Assembly (NCBI GenBank): GCA_002393065.1
Contig: DGGW01000052.1
Span: 1-48,226 of the forward strand
Length of the DNA stretch: 48,226 nucleotides
Origin: Alphaproteobacteria bacterium UBA3864
GTDB taxonomy: Bacteria > Pseudomonadota > Alphaproteobacteria > CAAGCB01 > CAG-977
Direction of reading: 5' to 3'
Shown: positions 39,464 to 48,226 of the stretch, one piece after another
How positions within the stretch are numbered: position 1 is the first letter of the stretch
How the letters are laid out: each line of letters starts with the position of its first letter
The notes under the pieces: generated by a model
What the model was told of the DNA's origin: nothing
Seen by the model: the letters and a program-made list of their open reading frames with translations, nothing else
Database searches by the model: none
Made by a program: the position numbers and the translations under genes

Positions 39464-39493
39464 AAAAAAGGGCGTCGGTCGACGCCCTTTTTT
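39464..39493. terminator. Bidirectional intrinsic terminator between eno and flaF
   Basis: AAAAAAGGGCGTC-GGTC-GACGCCCTTTTTT perfect stem. Confidence 0.9.
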
Positions 39494-39507
39494 ATTATCG
39501 GGGAAAA

Positions 39508-39840
39508 TCAGGCCGCTTTGCCGTTTTCCAGCAAACCTTCGGCGATCTGCAGATTCATGTTTTCCATCGCGTCCAGCGTGGCGTCGCCGACGTCGCAACC
39601 TTTGGACAGCGTTTTGGAAACGACGAAGTCGGCCAGCTTGGACAGATTGGCTTTGACACCGGCCGACAACGGGCTGTCTTCCCGTTCGGTCAGACGCTGG
39701 ATGCACATCCACAGCTGCATGTTTTCGTTCAGCGCGACGGCCAGAGCCGCTTTGTTTTCGGTCGCGCGGGCGTTCGATATGCGGGTGGCGGCCTGCAAAA
39801 GGGCGAAAGCGTCGTTTTCTTCGGTTGTTAAGTCGGTCAT
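39508..39840 (-). CDS. flaF: Flagellar biosynthesis regulator FlaF
   Basis: ALNENMQLW...SPLSAGVKANLSKLADFV...NMNLQIAEGL; ATG 39840 after GGAGG (alternative start 39852). Confidence 0.82.
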   Translation of the reverse strand: MTDLTTEENDAFALLQAATRISNARATENKAALAVALNENMQLWMCIQRLTEREDSPLSAGVKANLSKLADFVVSKTLSKGCDVGDATLDAMENMNLQIAEGLLENGKAA

Positions 39841-39897
39841 GATATCCTCCATGGTTTAAGGTGGGTTAAGGTTAAGAAGGCAGACGGTGTTTTTCCG

Positions 39898-40650
39898 TCA
39901 GAAGGGTGAGATCACATCCAGTATCTGCGAACCGATTCGCGGTTGCTGGAGGTTGCTGATGGTGCCTTTGCCGCCGTAAGCGACGCGCAGTTCGGCAATT
40001 TTTTCGGATTTGATGCTGTTCAGGACGGAAATGTCTTCGCGGCGGATGATGCCGGTCATGAACAGCTGGCGCATTTCGTAATTGACGCGGACTTCCTGCT
40101 TGCCGGCGATGACGAGGTTTCCGTTCGGCAGGATTTGCGTGACGAGAGCGGCCATCTTGACGTTGATTTTTTCATTGCGGTCGATGGATCCGTCGCCGGT
40201 GATGTCGCGGCTGGACGACGTGTCGATCAGGTTGGACAGATTCGCGCCGCCGGGCAAAATTTTCCCCGCGTACTTGTCAAAGCCGGCCAGCGCGCCGATC
40301 TTCACGCTTTCGCCGCCGTTTTTGCGTTTTTGTTCGGTTTTGTTTTCCAACAAAGCCTTGTCGGAAATCGACACTTCGACGGTCAGGATGTCGCCGACGC
40401 GGGAAGCGCGCTGATCCTTAAAGAATCCTTTGGATCCCGGACGCCACAGCGAATTCGTGTTCGCATAGGGCTTTTCCGGTTCGGGCATCGGCATATCAAC
40501 GGGCTTGTAATCTTTGGCTTTCGTCGGGTTTTCGACTTTGCTCAAAGCCGGTTCCTTGCCGATGTCGGACAACTGTCCGTACCAGGCGCATCCGTTCAGC
40601 GCGACGATCATCATCGTCAGCAGACCGTTTTTCAAAAAAGCTTTACGCAT
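39898..40650 (-). CDS. flgH: Flagellar L-ring protein
   Basis: Lipobox LNGC; NSLWRPGSKGFFKDQRASRVGDILTV; LPNGNLVIAGKQEVRVN; ends SPF. Confidence 0.97.
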   Translation of the reverse strand: MRKAFLKNGLLTMMIVALNGCAWYGQLSDIGKEPALSKVENPTKAKDYKPVDMPMPEPEKPYANTNSLWRPGSKGFFKDQRASRVGDILTVEVSISDKALLENKTEQKRKNGGESVKIGALAGFDKYAGKILPGGANLSNLIDTSSSRDITGDGSIDRNEKINVKMAALVTQILPNGNLVIAGKQEVRVNYEMRQLFMTGIIRREDISVLNSIKSEKIAELRVAYGGKGTISNLQQPRIGSQILDVISPF

Positions 40651-40662
40651 GGCTTTTCTCCT

Positions 40663-41643
40663 TTATTTTCCGTGAGTGTCGACCGCGTCGACAACGACTG
40701 TTTCGGGACCTGTTACCGTGCCCTGGACGACGGACTTGCTTTGCGTGTTCATCACACGCACCGTATCGCCCAGGCCTCCGTTTTCCAACGCTTTTCCCTG
40801 TGCGCTCAACAGGATGCCGCCTTTGCGGAAGCTCAACGTGATCAGCTTTCCTTTGGCGACCATGATGCGCGAACGGATATCGTCGGCCGTGATGATCTTT
40901 CCGGCGTCGATCGTTCTTCTGACTTCTTTGCCGACCAGATCCGCCGTCGAAAGCGACGCCGTTTTGCGCTTCATTTTATCAAGCGGCAATTTTTTCATAA
41001 CGATATCGCTTTCCGTCAAAATCTGCCCCGCCGTCATTCTGTCGGCGGCCGTCGGGAACAGGGCGAACGGCTTGATTTGGCCGGATAAAGCGAACGTGAG
41101 CGTTTCATCGTCCGTCCGGATGACGGCTTTGGTGCGGAAAGTTTTGCCGCCCGCGCGCAAGGACGTTTCTTCAAAACCGATTTCGTACGCTTTTCCCGTC
41201 GGTATTTTCAGCGGAAAATCGCCGAACAAAGCCACATCGGCCCGTTCCGGCGCGCCCGCCTGGGCCAGTTCTTTCAGGACGAGGGGATAAATCTCGTCTT
41301 TGTCGATGTTTCTGGCGGCGCGCGTTACGGTGATCGTCGTTTCCGCCGAATCCGCTTTCCAATCCAATCCGTTGCTTTTGGCGACCTTTTCCAGCCACTT
41401 CGCCGTTAAAACGACATCCTTCCCGGCGGCGGGCGCTTTGGCGACGACGCGGGAGTCCTTTTCCGCGTCAACACCGCTGAACAGATCGCTCAACCGGATG
41501 GAGGCGTCTTTGACGACGGCGCTTGCCCGAAGCGTTACAGGCAGTTCCGTCAGGGTCGCCTCGTCCGCCCGCACGGCGCCGGCGGCCGCCGCGTGGAGCG
41601 GCAGCAGCGTCAGAACGGCAAGACGGATGAAAAAGCGGTTCAT
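40663..41643 (-). CDS. flgA: Flagellar P-ring chaperone FlgA
   Basis: Signal peptide; IRLSDLF; SAF domain; GKALENGGLGDTVRVMNTQSK. Confidence 0.93.
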   Translation of the reverse strand: MNRFFIRLAVLTLLPLHAAAAGAVRADEATLTELPVTLRASAVVKDASIRLSDLFSGVDAEKDSRVVAKAPAAGKDVVLTAKWLEKVAKSNGLDWKADSAETTITVTRAARNIDKDEIYPLVLKELAQAGAPERADVALFGDFPLKIPTGKAYEIGFEETSLRAGGKTFRTKAVIRTDDETLTFALSGQIKPFALFPTAADRMTAGQILTESDIVMKKLPLDKMKRKTASLSTADLVGKEVRRTIDAGKIITADDIRSRIMVAKGKLITLSFRKGGILLSAQGKALENGGLGDTVRVMNTQSKSVVQGTVTGPETVVVDAVDTHGK

Positions 41644-41655
41644 GGCTTGTTTCCT

Positions 41656-42447
41656 TTACGATTTCAGGCTGTTGATCGTTGACAGCATCTGGTCGGCCGT
41701 CGTGATGATCTTGGAATTCATTTCATAAGCGCGCTGGGCGGACACCAGTTCCGTGATTTCCGACACGATGTTGACGTTCGAGTTTTCAAGAAAACCCTGC
41801 AAAATCGTGCCGAAACCGATTGCGCCGGGGACGTCCTGCGTCGGTTGGCCGGAGGCGGGCGTTTCGATGAACAGGTTGTCGCCGATGGCTTCCATGCCGG
41901 ATTCGTTGATGAAGTTGACGATTTCCAGCTGGCCGACGTTCGTCAGTTCCGTTTGTCCGTCCTCTTTGACCCAGACTTCGCCGGACGAGTTGATGGTGAT
42001 GCCGACCGCGTTTTCGGGAATGGTGATGCCCGGTTGGACGACATAGCCGTCGGAGGTGACGATCTGTCCGTCGGCGCTGATCTGGAACGCGCCGTCTCGG
42101 GTGTATCCCGTGCCGCGGCCGTTCGGCAGTTCGATCTGGAAGTATCCGTTGCCCTGAATGGCGATGTCGAGCGTGTTGTTCGTTCTGGTCAGCGCGCCAT
42201 GTTCGGAAATCCGGTAAACGGAAGCCGTCTTGACGCCCAGACCGAGCTGGATGCCGGACGGAACGATCGTTCCGGAATCCGATGAATTGGCGCCGACGCG
42301 ACGCTGGTCTTGATAGAGCAAATCGTGGAATTCGGCACGCCGGCGCGAATACGCGGTCGTGTTCATGTTGGCGATGTTGTTGGAAATGACTTCGACGTTT
42401 GTCTGTTGGGCGAGCATGCCCGTTGCACCGATATGAAGCGATCTCAT
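41656..42447 (-). CDS. flgG: Flagellar distal rod protein FlgG
   Basis: GATGMLAQQTNVEVISNNIANMNT, YTRDGAF, LENSNVNIVSE, AQRAYEMNSK. Confidence 0.98.
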   Translation of the reverse strand: MRSLHIGATGMLAQQTNVEVISNNIANMNTTAYSRRRAEFHDLLYQDQRRVGANSSDSGTIVPSGIQLGLGVKTASVYRISEHGALTRTNNTLDIAIQGNGYFQIELPNGRGTGYTRDGAFQISADGQIVTSDGYVVQPGITIPENAVGITINSSGEVWVKEDGQTELTNVGQLEIVNFINESGMEAIGDNLFIETPASGQPTQDVPGAIGFGTILQGFLENSNVNIVSEITELVSAQRAYEMNSKIITTADQMLSTINSLKS

Positions 42448-42468
42448 GGCTAGGACTCCTTTACTTCA

Positions 42469-43206
42469 TTATTTCGCTCTGGCGTACACCTGCATCATGT
42501 TCTGACGGCGGGTGTGTTCCGTATCGAGCATCATTTGAACGTTTTCGTAAGCGCGTTGCACTTTGATCAATTCCGACATTTCGACGACGGGATTGACGTT
42601 GGATTTTTCGATCATGCCTTGTTCCGTTTGAACGGAAGCGGGACGGATTTCGTTGCCGTCCGGATTTCTGTACAATCCGTGCCGCACGGAACGCAGGCGT
42701 TGCAGATCGGCGAACGTTACGAGCTGAAATTTTCCGATGACGCCGTTTTCCGTTTCGATCGTTCCGTCCTGATTGATATTGATTTTTGTTTCGTCGGGCG
42801 AAACGAACATCGGGCGTCCGGCGTCATCAAGCACGGCGTATCCGTCCGCCGTTTCGATCATGCCGTCCTGACCGATCTTGAATTGTCCGTCGCGGGTGTA
42901 AAGGACCCCTTCGGGGGTGTCGACGGCAAAGTATCCGTCGCCGTGGATGGCTACGTCCAAAGGATTGTCGGTCGGGGCGAAAGCGCCTTCGGAAAAATCG
43001 CGGACGATGCCGAAATCGTGGGTGAACGACAACCGGTGGGCCATCAAACGTTCATCGTTTTTGCTGCGGGAAACGTATTCCGTGAAATGGGGGGAAACGG
43101 CTTTGTATCCCGCCGTGTTCATGTTGGCCAGATTGTTGGCCGTCATGTCCAGTTTGTTCCACAGGCCGACCTGGCGGGACAAAGCGATGTACAGCGTGTT
43201 TTCCAT
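42469..43206 (-). CDS. flgF: Flagellar proximal rod protein FlgF
   Basis: Start MENTLYIALSRQ at 43206 (GGAGG RBS); ANNLANMNTAGYK, YTRDGQF, EKSNVNPVVEM. Confidence 0.95.
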   Translation of the reverse strand: MENTLYIALSRQVGLWNKLDMTANNLANMNTAGYKAVSPHFTEYVSRSKNDERLMAHRLSFTHDFGIVRDFSEGAFAPTDNPLDVAIHGDGYFAVDTPEGVLYTRDGQFKIGQDGMIETADGYAVLDDAGRPMFVSPDETKININQDGTIETENGVIGKFQLVTFADLQRLRSVRHGLYRNPDGNEIRPASVQTEQGMIEKSNVNPVVEMSELIKVQRAYENVQMMLDTEHTRRQNMMQVYARAK

Positions 43207-43252
43207 TTTCAGCCTCCTTTGCGGGTGTCGCAAATCAATCTGAAAAACGATA

Positions 43253-43269
43253 TGCAACAAGCGTGCCAA
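43253..43269 (-). promoter_or_regulatory. sigma54 (-24/-12) promoter of the flgF operon
   Basis: Minus strand reads TTGGCACGCTTGTTGCA, matching TGGCAC-N5-TTGCA, about 46 bp upstream of flgF. Confidence 0.9.
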
Positions 43270-43295
43270 ATTTTGATTTTCGAAAAAACGGGACA

Positions 43296-43312
43296 ATAAC
43301 GTGTTATTAACC
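43296..43312 (+). promoter_or_regulatory. CtrA-type box upstream of fliL
   Basis: ATAA-CGTGTTA-TTAACC, one mismatch to TTAA-N7-TTAAC; fliLM is a CtrA-dependent class II operon in Caulobacter. Confidence 0.6.
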
Positions 43313-43359
43313 AAAAGCGGCGTATAACAGTAAAGATAAGCTGTCGAAAGGATGCGATC

Positions 43360-43887
43360 ATGGCCGAAGAAGAAAACGAAAATCAGGAAAACGCGGGGGA
43401 AGAGGAAGGGGCCTCTCAAAAGCAGCACAAAAAATCGATTTTGTGGTTTTTGCCGTTGTTTCTGGCAGTGGCTCTTATCGGCGCTGTTTATTTCGCCAAT
43501 AATTTTTTTAACGCGTCCGAAGAAGAAAAGCCGCACGCCGATCAAAAGGAAACCGCGGAACAGGAACCGGAAAAAACGGGGCTCATCTTTTTCGACGTTC
43601 CGGAAATGCTGGTCAATTTAAATGTCAAAGCCGGACAAAAGCCCGTTTATTTCAAAGTGAAAATAGCGCTTGAAATTGAAAAAGTGTCCGATGCCGAACA
43701 GATCGAAAAACTGTTGCCCCGCGTAATCGACAGCCTGCAGTTTTATTTGCGTGAAATGCGTCTTGACGAAGTGCAGGGATCAATGGGGTCTTACCGGTTG
43801 AAAGAGGAGATCACCGCGCGGTTGAACAAGATTCTTTCGCCCGTCAAAATCAACGACGTTTTGTTTAAAGAAGTTTTGATCCAGTAA
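43360..43887 (+). CDS. fliL: Flagellar basal body-associated protein FliL
   Basis: N-terminal TM; PEMLVNL; PRVIDSLQFYLRE; GSYRLKEEI; VLFKEVLIQ. Confidence 0.94.
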   Translation: MAEEENENQENAGEEEGASQKQHKKSILWFLPLFLAVALIGAVYFANNFFNASEEEKPHADQKETAEQEPEKTGLIFFDVPEMLVNLNVKAGQKPVYFKVKIALEIEKVSDAEQIEKLLPRVIDSLQFYLREMRLDEVQGSMGSYRLKEEITARLNKILSPVKINDVLFKEVLIQ

Positions 43888-43899
43888 AGGCGGTTTTGC

Positions 43900-44922
43900 A
43901 TGGATAAGGATATAAACGAAACAATCAAAAATCTGGACGACGCCATGGATATCGCGCCGGAAGACCTTTCCGGCGTCCTCAATCAGGACGAATTGGACGT
44001 TTTGTTGGATAAAAAAGAGGAAGGGGAACCCGAAGCTTACGGCGTTCAGGCTTTGCTGAACAACGCGCGCGTATCCTACGAACGCTTGCCGATGCTGGAA
44101 GTCGTTTTCGACCGTCTGGTCCGCTTGACGTCCACGACGTTGCGCAATTTCACCCAGTCCAACATCGAAATCACGCTGGAAAGCATCGAATCGATGCGGT
44201 TCAGCGAATATCTGGAACGAATCCCCCGCCCGTCGATGATGAGCGTGTTCAAGGCCGAGGAATGGGACAATTTCGGTTTGCTCGTTTTGGATTCGTCGCT
44301 GATTTACACAATGGTCGACGTGTTGCTCGGCGGCCGGCGGGGAATGGCGGCTTTGCGGTTGGACGGGCGGTCCTTCACGATCATTGAACGCAATCTGATG
44401 GAAAAGATGATTCATCTGGTTTTATCGGATCTGTCGGCGGCTTTCGACCCCGTTTCACCGGTGACGTTCATTTTCGACCGTTTGGAAACGAATCCCCGTT
44501 TCGCCATGATATCCCGTCCGTCCAACGCGACCATCGCTGCGCGTTTCCGTATTGATATGGAAGACCGCGGCGGCGAAATCGAATTGCTTTTGCCTTACGC
44601 CATGTTGGAACCTGTGCGCGAATTGCTTTTACAGCAATTCATGGGTGAAAAATTCGGCCGCGACAGCATTTGGGAAAACCATCTGGCGGAAGCGTTGTGG
44701 TTGAGCGACGTCGATTTGCAGGCCGTTCTCGATCGCCATATGGTATCGTTAAAACAAGTCCTGAAATGGAAAGTCGGCACGCAGTTGTTGCTGAACGCCA
44801 CGCCCGATTCCGAAATCGAAATGGTTTGCGGCGACGTTCCGATGTTTTACGGGAAAATGGGGCGGAAGGGCGAATATATCGCCGTCCAGATCGAAGATAA
44901 AATCAAACGACAAAAGGAATAA
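43900..44922 (+). CDS. fliM: Flagellar motor switch protein FliM
   Basis: VLNQDELDVLL, VSYERLPMLEVVFDRL, ETNPRFAMI, FMGEKFGRDSIWE. Confidence 0.97.
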   Translation: MDKDINETIKNLDDAMDIAPEDLSGVLNQDELDVLLDKKEEGEPEAYGVQALLNNARVSYERLPMLEVVFDRLVRLTSTTLRNFTQSNIEITLESIESMRFSEYLERIPRPSMMSVFKAEEWDNFGLLVLDSSLIYTMVDVLLGGRRGMAALRLDGRSFTIIERNLMEKMIHLVLSDLSAAFDPVSPVTFIFDRLETNPRFAMISRPSNATIAARFRIDMEDRGGEIELLLPYAMLEPVRELLLQQFMGEKFGRDSIWENHLAEALWLSDVDLQAVLDRHMVSLKQVLKWKVGTQLLLNATPDSEIEMVCGDVPMFYGKMGRKGEYIAVQIEDKIKRQKE

Positions 44923-44927
44923 AACCG

Positions 44928-45554
44928 ATGTCCGTTGAACTGTTCCTCAATATTATTGTGATCCTGCTTTTGATTCCGACGATCGTTTTCGCGTTGTTAC
45001 TGAACAGACGTTTGGAAATTTTACGCAGCAGCCGCGCGGACCTCGGCCGGTTGATCGAAGCGTTCAACGACGCGACGACCCGCGCCGAAGCCGGCATTCC
45101 GCGATTGAAACAGGCGGCGGACAGCACGGGCGCGTTGCTTAAGGAGCAGATTCAAAAAGCGCAAACGTTGCGCGACGACTTGTCGTTCATGCTGGAACGG
45201 GCCGATACGATGCTGAACCGGCTGGACGAATCCGCCCGCCGTCTGCCGCAAAAGCGTCCGGTGGCGAACGACGCGGACGAAGAACCGCGTTCCGTCGGCA
45301 GAAAGGATATCGGATCCGCAAAAGGACAACCGTCCTCTTTTTCGTCCGATAAAACGAAATCCCGCCATCGCGCTTTTGTCGAGGACCCCGAAGAGCTGAT
45401 GTCTTCCGCCGTTTCCGTCGCCGAAGACATTTTGCGCGAAACGGAACGCGCGAAAGCGCGCGAAGAACGGCCGTTCGTGCCGGCCGCCGATGACGACGGC
45501 GAACGTTCCGAAGCCGAACGGGAATTGCTTCGCGCCCTGCAAGCCATGCGTTGA
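44928..45554 (+). CDS. DUF6468-like membrane protein
   Basis: N-terminal TM then LNRRL...FNDATTRAEAGI...LRDDLSFMLERAD; C-terminal RSEAERELL; usual position after fliM. Confidence 0.75.
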   Translation: MSVELFLNIIVILLLIPTIVFALLLNRRLEILRSSRADLGRLIEAFNDATTRAEAGIPRLKQAADSTGALLKEQIQKAQTLRDDLSFMLERADTMLNRLDESARRLPQKRPVANDADEEPRSVGRKDIGSAKGQPSSFSSDKTKSRHRAFVEDPEELMSSAVSVAEDILRETERAKAREERPFVPAADDDGERSEAERELLRALQAMR

Positions 45555-45565
45555 GGAGCTGTCCC

Positions 45566-46306
45566 ATGGTGGAAAAGAACAAGAAAACGCTTAAAAACAA
45601 AAAGAAAAACTTTCACCTTCTTCCGCTGGTGATTTTCTTTTGTTCGTTGATGCTGTCGTTGCGGATCGGCGTGTTGTGGCGGTCGGTCATGGCTCCCGAA
45701 AAAAAGACGCCGACACCGGTTTCCTTTACGGCGGCTCTCGCGCAGGAAGAGGCGAAAAATAAGCCGAAAGAAGCACCTAAACCGGAGGAGAAAGCTCCTT
45801 CCGCCGACGACGAAAAACAGGAAAAAGCATCAAAACCGAAACGCTTTTCGCAAGCGGAACTGGAAATTTTGCAAACGCTCGCCAAACGCCGCGAAGAATT
45901 GGACGCCCGCGAACAAAGTTTGGACCAGCGTTTGGGCGTTCTGAAGGCGGCGGAAGCGCAACTCGACGCCAAGCTGTTTAAAATGCAGGAACTTCAGCGC
46001 GAGATTTCCGACCTGATCGGCGTTTACGGCGAAAAGGAAAAATCCAGACTGGACAATCTGGTCAAAGTCTATTCGACGATGAAACCGAAGGAAGCCGCCC
46101 GTCTGTTCAACGAAATGGATATGCCTCTGCTGGTCAAATTGTTCGAGCGGATGAAGGAAGCCAAGTCCGCGCCGATCCTGGCCGCGATGGATACGGCCAA
46201 GGCGGGCGAGCTGACAAAAGAGCTGGCCGTCAAGCGCACTTTGCCGGGGTTGGACGAAGCCGTCGCGCTCGAACAGGATAAAAAATCAAAACAGTCGAAA
46301 AAATAA
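45566..46306 (+). CDS. motE: MotE family flagellar protein (MgtE N-terminal-like)
   Basis: Coiled coil followed by LVKVYSTMKPKEAARLFNEMD...APILAAMD; ATG 45566 after GAGGAG. Confidence 0.8.
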   Translation: MVEKNKKTLKNKKKNFHLLPLVIFFCSLMLSLRIGVLWRSVMAPEKKTPTPVSFTAALAQEEAKNKPKEAPKPEEKAPSADDEKQEKASKPKRFSQAELEILQTLAKRREELDAREQSLDQRLGVLKAAEAQLDAKLFKMQELQREISDLIGVYGEKEKSRLDNLVKVYSTMKPKEAARLFNEMDMPLLVKLFERMKEAKSAPILAAMDTAKAGELTKELAVKRTLPGLDEAVALEQDKKSKQSKK

Positions 46307-46387
46307 CTTTGTTTTTCGCAACAGCTCCTTATTATAGGAGGATATTTTAAAAAAAATTGTGAACCGTTTGTTTACAGAGGGATTGAA

Positions 46388-46768
46388 ATGCTTGATAAAA
46401 CAATGAAAGTTCTGATCGCCGACGACTATCAGACCATGCGCGGCGTGATCCGCAACCTGTTTAATCTGCTCGGATTGGAAAACACCGACGAAGCGGGAAC
46501 GACGGACGAGGCTTTGGAAAAACTGGCGAAGAACGATTACGGACTGGTCATTTTCGATTGGACCACGGGACCGTTGTCGGGGGAAGATTTTTTTGAAAAA
46601 GTGCGCGCGGACGAACGGCTGAAAAAAATACCGTTCATCGTCATCAGCGCCAAAAGCGATTCCGAGCTGACCGAAAAAATGCGTTTGGCGGGCGCGGCGG
46701 ATTTTATCGCCAAGCCGTTTAACAAAGCGACGTTGGAAAAACGTCTGAAATCGTTGTTCGGGGAATGA
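46388..46768 (+). CDS. CheY-like single-domain response regulator
   Basis: VLIADDYQTMR, phosphoacceptor FDW, IPFIVISA, FIAKPF. Confidence 0.88.
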   Translation: MLDKTMKVLIADDYQTMRGVIRNLFNLLGLENTDEAGTTDEALEKLAKNDYGLVIFDWTTGPLSGEDFFEKVRADERLKKIPFIVISAKSDSELTEKMRLAGAADFIAKPFNKATLEKRLKSLFGE

Positions 46769-46774
46769 TTCCGC

Positions 46775-48226
46775 ATGAAAAGCTTTTTGTTGCCGGCGTT
46801 GTGGATGTCAGCGGTTTTGACCGCAAGCATTCCCGCCTTTGCGCAAAAAGCTTCCTATCAGGCCGAAAAAGGCCGGATCTCTCTTTTCGCCCTTCAGCAA
46901 AAAGGCGCGAATAATCTGGTTTTCACTTTTCCTCGCGAAACGGCCGTTTCGACCGAAAAAGAGGGGACGTCGCATTCTTTCGTTTTCGATGTTTCCGCCA
47001 ATCCGGCGGATCTGAAGCTCCGGCAGGTTCTGGCGGCTTTCCCCGAATCTTTGCGGAACGCGTCACTGTCGCGGACGCAGCCGGACGGGACGTTGAAACT
47101 GACAATTGATTTGCCCGACGGATATGACGCGGCTCAAACCGTTTCGGGACGGCGCGTTACGGTGTCGATTTTCAAAAGCGGCAAAGCGGCGGATAAAGAT
47201 TCCGAAAAAAAGAAAGAGGTTGTGAAATCGCCGGTAAAGGAAAAACAGCCGACGAAACCCGTTGCCGAACGGAAAACGGAAAAAGAGGTCGCACCGGTTT
47301 TATCCGCGCCCGTCGTTGCCGAAAAAACGGCTGTCGTTCCGCCTGCCGAAGAAAAAGCCGTAGCCGTGTCGACGCCCCGATCCGTTTCCGTCGTCGAACC
47401 GGCGGCCGTTTCGGAACCGCTTGCCGAAAAGCCCGTGTCCGGCGGTCAGGATATCTCCGTTTCGGAACTGACGGCGCCTTCACAGAACGTTTCCTCGTCC
47501 GATTCCGTTTATTATGCAGCGTCGCTCAGTTTCCCGTGGCGCTTGCCGACGGCGGCGGCGGCGTTCCGTCGCGGCGGCTACGTTTGGATCGTTTTTAACG
47601 GCAAAGGCGATTTCAACTTTGATATGGAACGGGAAATATATAAAGACATCATTTATGAAATTATACAGATCCCGCATTCGCAGGCGACGATTTTCCGCAT
47701 GGTCACGGCCGCCGGCTATAATCCGTCCATGCGCCGCGAAGGTTTGTTGTGGATCGTCGATTTGATGTACAGCCCCGTTCGTCCGAAAAAAGACATCGCC
47801 TTGCTTTTGCAAAGGAAAAGCCCGTACGGGCCGCGCATTTCCGTTCCGTTGAAAGAAAAAACGACGGTTTTGAGCCTGATCGATCCGGAAATCGGCGACT
47901 TGTTCCACATCGTTCCGCTTTTTGCGGTCGGCGAAGGTCTTTCCCATCGCCGCGATTTCGTTGATGCGTCGTTTTTGCCGACGGCGCAAGGGTTGGTCAT
48001 TACGCCGAAAGTTGAAGATCTGGACGTCCGCGCGTTTTCCACGGGCGTGGAGATTCGCGGCGGCGGGAAAGGCCTGCGCTTTTCGGCGGGCGAAATGCCG
48101 GTAAAGACCGATTCCGATGTCGATCCGATGACGCAAACGCTGGAAATCGGCCAGTGGGGGGCGGCGCTGACCGGCGAAAACTATTACAAAGGACTGGCGG
48201 TCAGAACGGCCGATGTGGCGGCTGCC
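46775..48226 (+). CDS. Large exported protein, 3'-truncated by window end (absent from the ORF track)
   Basis: Manual translation: MKSFLLPALWMSAVLTASIPAFA signal peptide; in-frame SLSFPWRLPTAAAAFRRGGYVWIVFN at 47522; no stop seen in the parts read. Resembles flagellar-locus TPR proteins of alphaproteobacteria (recollection). Confidence 0.75.
   Translation, partial: MKSFLLPALWMSAVLTASIPAFAQKASYQAEKGRISLFALQQKGANNLVFTFPRETAVSTEKEGTSHSFVFDVSANPADLKLRQVLAAFPESLRNASLSRTQPDGTLKLTIDLPDGYDAAQTVSGRRVTVSIFKSGKAADKDSEKKKEVVKSPVKEKQPTKPVAERKTEKEVAPVLSAPVVAEKTAVVPPAEEKAVAVSTPRSVSVVEPAAVSEPLAEKPVSGGQDISVSELTAPSQNVSSSDSVYYAASLSFPWRLPTAAAAFRRGGYVWIVFNGKGDFNFDMEREIYKDIIYEIIQIPHSQATIFRMVTAAGYNPSMRREGLLWIVDLMYSPVRPKKDIALLLQRKSPYGPRISVPLKEKTTVLSLIDPEIGDLFHIVPLFAVGEGLSHRRDFVDASFLPTAQGLVITPKVEDLDVRAFSTGVEIRGGGKGLRFSAGEMPVKTDSDVDPMTQTLEIGQWGAALTGENYYKGLAVRTADVAAA

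Overview
Chromosomal segment of a flagellated Alphaproteobacterium, Rhodospirillales-like by gene order (inference). The backbone is housekeeping: clpB 3' part; DUF374-waaA-lpxK-lpxL; xseB-ispA-dxs-tlyA; ppiD/tpiA-secG-kdsA-eno; and two flagellar blocks (FlhB-like-hyp-fliO-fliP; flgFGAH-flaF / fliL-fliM-DUF6468-motE-cheY-like-large exported protein) with a sigma54 promoter and CtrA-type boxes. The main accessory feature is a ~10.3 kb six-gene minus-strand operon (6494-16761). It encodes a HEXXH-metallopeptidase/acidic-linker/vWA protein, a divergent MoxR/AAA_5 ATPase, a small acidic protein and three paralogous ribonuclease-inhibitor-type LRR proteins that share an ankyrin-like C-terminal domain. 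Five of these six proteins, plus a distant trehalose-phosphatase-like HAD protein, end in a basic, Arg-terminated tail suggestive of a common export signal (possibly type IV secretion). Other oddities are an autotransporter with an Arg/Tyr-rich insert, a tandem double-ArsR regulator paired with a CC-tailed protein, an enolase with a His/Cys tail, no pyrG between secG and kdsA, and a possibly foreign nfo. No rRNA, tRNA, CRISPR, integrase or transposase was seen. All family assignments come from motif recognition by eye, not from database searches.
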